Assembly: GCA_044229845.1 (NCBI GenBank)
Contig: JBGASG010000002.1
Span: 288,001 to 352,000 of the forward strand
From: Candidatus Obscuribacteraceae bacterium
Lineage (GTDB): Bacteria > Cyanobacteriota > Vampirovibrionia > Obscuribacterales > Obscuribacteraceae
DNA: 64,000 nt
Direction: 5' to 3'
Below are positions 60,204-64,000 of the stretch, one piece after another (position 1 is the first letter of the stretch; every line of letters starts with the position of its first letter). The position numbers were made by a program, and so were the translations under genes. The notes below the pieces were generated by a model. That model saw nothing but the letters and a program-made list of their open reading frames with translations. It was not told the origin of the DNA and made no database searches.

Positions 60204-63200
60204 ATGGAGCGGAAACCCAACCGATCCATGTGGGATCCGCTGTCGGAACCTCTTTTCAGAGCTTTGTGGATAGCGGCCCTGGCTTCGAACATCGGCAGTT
60301 GGATGCACGATGTGGCAGCCGCATGGCTGATGACCTCGCTTTCCAACTCTCCGGTCATGATTTCGCTTATGCAGACGGCAAGCTACTTGCCGTTTTTCTT
60401 GTTGGCATTACCGGCGGGTGCCTTCGCCGACATTTTCAACCGGCGAACGGTCTTGCTGGTCGGTCAAGCCTGGATGCTGGTCGCTGCTGCGGCCATTGGA
60501 GTGTGCAGCCTCTGCGGGTGGATGAACCCCTGGCTTTTGCTCACGCTTACTTTGATGCTGGGGGTCGGCGGGGCAATCACGAGCCCAGCCTGGAATGCCG
60601 TTCTGCCGGAGTTGGTCACCAAGAAAAACCTCGAAGGCGCGGTCGCCCTGGGCGGCATGGGTTGGAACATAGCTCGCGGCGTCGGCTCGGCGATCGGTGG
60701 TTTCATCGTCGCTATGTCGGGTCCCGGAGCCGTCTTCCTGCTCAACGCCGCTTCGTTTCTCGCAGTGCTCTGGGTGTTCTGGTCCTGGAAACGTCCGGCG
60801 TCAGCCGAGAGCACCAATAACGAGCGGGTGGTCGGAGCGATTCGCGCCGGCGTCCGTTTCGTGCGCCATTCGCCAGTGCTGCTGGCGGTGCTCTGGCGCA
60901 CCATAGTATTCGTTTCTTGCTCTACATGTTTCTGGGCGCTCTTGCCCTTGTTCTGCCGCGTGCACTTGAAACTGGAAGCGCACCAGTACGGATTGGTGCT
61001 GACTCTCTTCGGTGCCGGCGCCATCGTCGGAGCCGGACTTTTACCCAAGATGCGCAAAACCATGTCCCTCGATGCTTGCGCGGCGGTAGGCACCTTGCTC
61101 TTCGCCAGCGGCATGTTGGGACTGGCTTTCAGTCCCAGTTTCGGATTTGCAATCATCAGCAGCACCATCGCTGGTATCGCCTGGATATCGGTCACCTCCA
61201 GCCTCAATATGGGAGCGCAACTGGCTTGCCCAGCCTGGGTGCGCTCGCGGGCGCTGGCCGTCTACATCCTCGTCTGGCACGGCACCATGGCGGTCGCCAG
61301 CCTTGCCTGGGGAACCTTCGCCAACTTCTTTAATATGGAGAATGCACTGCTGGTGGCGGCGTGCGGCCTGATGATCAGCATGTTGCTGTCACCGCGCCGG
61401 CACAAGCTCGGCGACCTGGAGCACGTCGACCTTACCGCCTCAGGGCATTGGCCGGAGCCGGTGCTTGCCGTCACACCGCACCCTGAACATGGTCCGGTGC
61501 AGGTCAGTATCGAGTATTTGATTGAGCCGGAGAAAGCCAAAGAATTCGCCGATGCGATGTCTCAACTGGCTGTCCAACGCCGTCGAGATGGTGCTTTTCA
61601 GTGGCACTTGATGTGCGATCTGGAAGACCCAAGCAAGTATCTGGAGACATATTTTGTTGAGACGTGGGCGGAACACGAGCGACAGCACCAGCGCGTCACA
61701 ATAGCAGATAAGGCTGCCGAGGAAAAAGTTGATTCTTTCCATATCGGACCGCAGCGACCGCAAGTGCGCCACCTTATTTCAGGTATCGGGCTGGACGGCG
61801 AATTGATAGCGCCCGAGCGCACCGAAGTGCTGCCCGGCACTGAGCCCGGACAGCCGCCATGCGGCGTTTGTGGAGACAGCGATGCTGCGGATGTTGCGAA
61901 TGCTGCGGATGTTGCGAATGCTGCGGATGTTGCAGGCGCCGGCGGTGCCAGCACGGCAGAAACACCAGTGGAACCTCTGGCACAAGTTGCAAAGCCAGGA
62001 GTTGCGGCCTCACCGCCGACGACTGAACCTCTTACAGTCGACACCTCGGACCACGAAGTCTACGCGGAGACTGGCGAGCAAACGGCGTTCTCTCCAGAAG
62101 ACGACTTGAATACTCCAGCTGTACCATTACCGGTCGTGAAGCCTGCCGGCAGCCCAGGGGCCGATGCAGGCGCCGGAACCAGCACCTCCGGACCCGCCAC
62201 CATAGGCAATACCACCCTCATGTCAGCCACCAGAGAAGGTGATTCGCTGGCGGATTTCCTCAGCGACTTGAGTACGCACCAGGTGCCCCCAAAGGAGGTG
62301 CCAACCGCCGACGGACAAAAGAGCGCCATGATGAAAAACGGCTCGCCGGGCGACGGTGACTCGCTGGCCGACTTCCTCAGCGACCTCGGTTCACAGGGAT
62401 CGCCGGCAGTGCCGCTCGATGACAGGATCGAAAAAATCGATTCGTCGGTAGATATCGAAGCGCTGTTCAAACAAGATCCCGGTGATACGCTGACAAAAAT
62501 TCGTCCCTTGCGCAGTCCGGAATGGGTCGACACGTTCGACGGCATCGAACGCCCCAATTTGCGGGACGGAAACGTGGTTGATATAGATTCGCTTTTCAGC
62601 AAGCAAGATCGGCTGCATGTCGTCGATGACGACGAATCCATCAACACAGCCGGCAATGGAGAGTCTGCCTCTGTGGACGGACCGGCGGCGCAGAGCTTGT
62701 TTGATTTGTTCGATAGTTTCGAGGCGTCGGCAGGCGGGCGCTGCAAAGACGCATCAAAGGCCCCCCCCACCGACACACCGATGCCTGGGCTGCTGGCTAA
62801 ATCAGCCTTGGAAGCCGAAGAACAGATCGACACACTGCAGGACATCGAAGCGCTAAAGGACCAGCCTCAAGAGGCGAAGCTGACCGATGCTGCTGGCAAA
62901 AACAAAGGCGGCAATGAAACACCAGACCCAGCGGCTGACAAGAACGTACCATCCGATACGCTCGTCGATATGGATGCCTATTTCGGTCAGGACCCCGGCG
63001 ATACGCTCGTCGACATAGAGGCACTTTCCAGGCGCAATCCCGAAGACCGGCTACTTCTGGAAACAGATAAAATAGACACGCTCGTTGATATCGAAGCTCT
63101 GGAGGTGTATTGCAGCCAGAATCCGGAAGACAAACTGACACGCCCCAAATCGGACAACAGCTCACTTTTCCGCACACCGATGTTCACCGGTGTCGATGAT

Positions 63201-64000
63201 GTCGACGGCGATGACCCGCGCGACACCATAACCGGAATCGAGTCATATTCGACTCGAGCCAATACTCCCAACGGTGACAATCAATCTGTATTGTCGGTGG
63301 AGACAGGTGATGATTACCCAACTATTAACACGGGTGAAATGGAAGCGCTGCACATCGACACCGATGATGAGTTAGCTCCCATCACTGGACCAATCACCGG
63401 CGAGGTGACAGCGGTCGACATAGAGGATGCGGTGCCTGTGTCCGAAGTAGATGCGCCTGAGGCAGATGCGGTGCCCGTTGTAGCAGCTGCGCCTGAGGCG
63501 ACGGCACCTCCCAAGGATGCCGTCAGCAAAGCCAAGGATGCCTTGATAGCACTTCGCGACTCCGCCAATGCTGCGAAAGCCGCTAAGTCCGCCCATGATT
63601 ACCCCACCGAGCCGGCCATCAAGTCCGCGGCTAATTCGCTTTCGAAGCCGATGCCTCGACCGTCCTTAGCGGACGCGAAATCAATTCTACATAGCAGCGC
63701 AAAGAAATCAGATCCTCCATCTGATTCAAATAATCAATCTGATGCAGGAAGAGACGACGCTGTAAGGGACGACCCGGGAGGCAACGTCTCAGCCAAGTCC
63801 TTGCCCAGCAAGAAAGCCGACGGAGCATCCAGTGGACGCAAATTGCTACCGCTCGACCCGCGTTCTGATTCTCACTCGAAAGATTCCAAATCCGGTGGTT
63901 CCAAGCCGCGCGGTCTGCCGTCTCGCAGCAAGCTGGATACGAAATCGGAGACGGAAACACAAAGTGGAGCCGACTCGCAGCCGCCCGAGAGCAAACGCAC
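60204..64000 (+). CDS. MFS_3 (EntS-like) transporter with C-terminal soluble domain and very long acidic tail; runs off the window end
   Basis: Own translation from ATG 60204 is open for 1265 codons: FRALWIAALASNIGSWM..AAAWLM, LALPAGAFAD..NRR, HWPEP..GPV..EY, RRRDGA..W, WAEHERQHQRVT; absent from the ORF track. Confidence 0.9.
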   Translation, partial: MERKPNRSMWDPLSEPLFRALWIAALASNIGSWMHDVAAAWLMTSLSNSPVMISLMQTASYLPFFLLALPAGAFADIFNRRTVLLVGQAWMLVAAAAIGVCSLCGWMNPWLLLTLTLMLGVGGAITSPAWNAVLPELVTKKNLEGAVALGGMGWNIARGVGSAIGGFIVAMSGPGAVFLLNAASFLAVLWVFWSWKRPASAESTNNERVVGAIRAGVRFVRHSPVLLAVLWRTIVFVSCSTCFWALLPLFCRVHLKLEAHQYGLVLTLFGAGAIVGAGLLPKMRKTMSLDACAAVGTLLFASGMLGLAFSPSFGFAIISSTIAGIAWISVTSSLNMGAQLACPAWVRSRALAVYILVWHGTMAVASLAWGTFANFFNMENALLVAACGLMISMLLSPRRHKLGDLEHVDLTASGHWPEPVLAVTPHPEHGPVQVSIEYLIEPEKAKEFADAMSQLAVQRRRDGAFQWHLMCDLEDPSKYLETYFVETWAEHERQHQRVTIADKAAEEKVDSFHIGPQRPQVRHLISGIGLDGELIAPERTEVLPGTEPGQPPCGVCGDSDAADVANAADVANAADVAGAGGASTAETPVEPLAQVAKPGVAASPPTTEPLTVDTSDHEVYAETGEQTAFSPEDDLNTPAVPLPVVKPAGSPGADAGAGTSTSGPATIGNTTLMSATREGDSLADFLSDLSTHQVPPKEVPTADGQKSAMMKNGSPGDGDSLADFLSDLGSQGSPAVPLDDRIEKIDSSVDIEALFKQDPGDTLTKIRPLRSPEWVDTFDGIERPNLRDGNVVDIDSLFSKQDRLHVVDDDESINTAGNGESASVDGPAAQSLFDLFDSFEASAGGRCKDASKAPPTDTPMPGLLAKSALEAEEQIDTLQDIEALKDQPQEAKLTDAAGKNKGGNETPDPAADKNVPSDTLVDMDAYFGQDPGDTLVDIEALSRRNPEDRLLLETDKIDTLVDIEALEVYCSQNPEDKLTRPKSDNSSLFRTPMFTGVDDVDGDDPRDTITGIESYSTRANTPNGDNQSVLSVETGDDYPTINTGEMEALHIDTDDELAPITGPITGEVTAVDIEDAVPVSEVDAPEADAVPVVAAAPEATAPPKDAVSKAKDALIALRDSANAAKAAKSAHDYPTEPAIKSAANSLSKPMPRPSLADAKSILHSSAKKSDPPSDSNNQSDAGRDDAVRDDPGGNVSAKSLPSKKADGASSGRKLLPLDPRSDSHSKDSKSGGSKPRGLPSRSKLDTKSETETQSGADSQPPESKR
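61882..61934 (+). repeat. 18-bp coding tandem repeat ATGCTGCGGATGTTGCGA x3
   Basis: Encodes AADVAN repeats at the start of the MFS tail. Confidence 0.9.

Noticed and set aside
60179..63960. Many short ORFs listed at the right end of the window
   Set aside because: All overlap the single open MFS frame starting at 60204.

Overview
Bacterial chromosomal window of moderately high GC, with no rRNA, tRNA, transposase or CRISPR-Cas genes seen. The many secreted TPR, caspase and alpha/beta-hydrolase proteins suggest Ca. Melainabacteria/Obscuribacterales, but this is inference only. Routine content: MocR regulator and EamA transporter, crcB, nfo, PAP2, adenosine deaminase, S9 peptidase, a TolC-RND-MFP-two-component operon, an ABC-2 pair and a TonB-C protein. 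Four items stand out. (1) A ~22 kb Pfa/HglE-like iterative PKS locus (ER-ER-KS-AT-ACP-KR-DH plus KS-AT-DH-PPTase, the latter broken by a frameshifting deletion). It is flanked by a ceramide-glucosyltransferase-like GT, a GH3 amide ligase, a GT4, an MFS exporter and secreted START/LolA-like proteins, making it a candidate new amide-linked glycolipid pathway. (2) Two separate operons each pair a secreted caspase-TPR protein with a secreted lysophospholipase-like hydrolase, with reciprocal catalytic loss: live caspase plus dead hydrolase, and live hydrolase plus dead caspase. (3) An MFS transporter absent from the ORF track carries a >740-aa acidic disordered tail with repeated short motifs. (4) A family of palindromic AAGYGATATCRCTT intergenic repeats occurs in 35-40 bp arrays.
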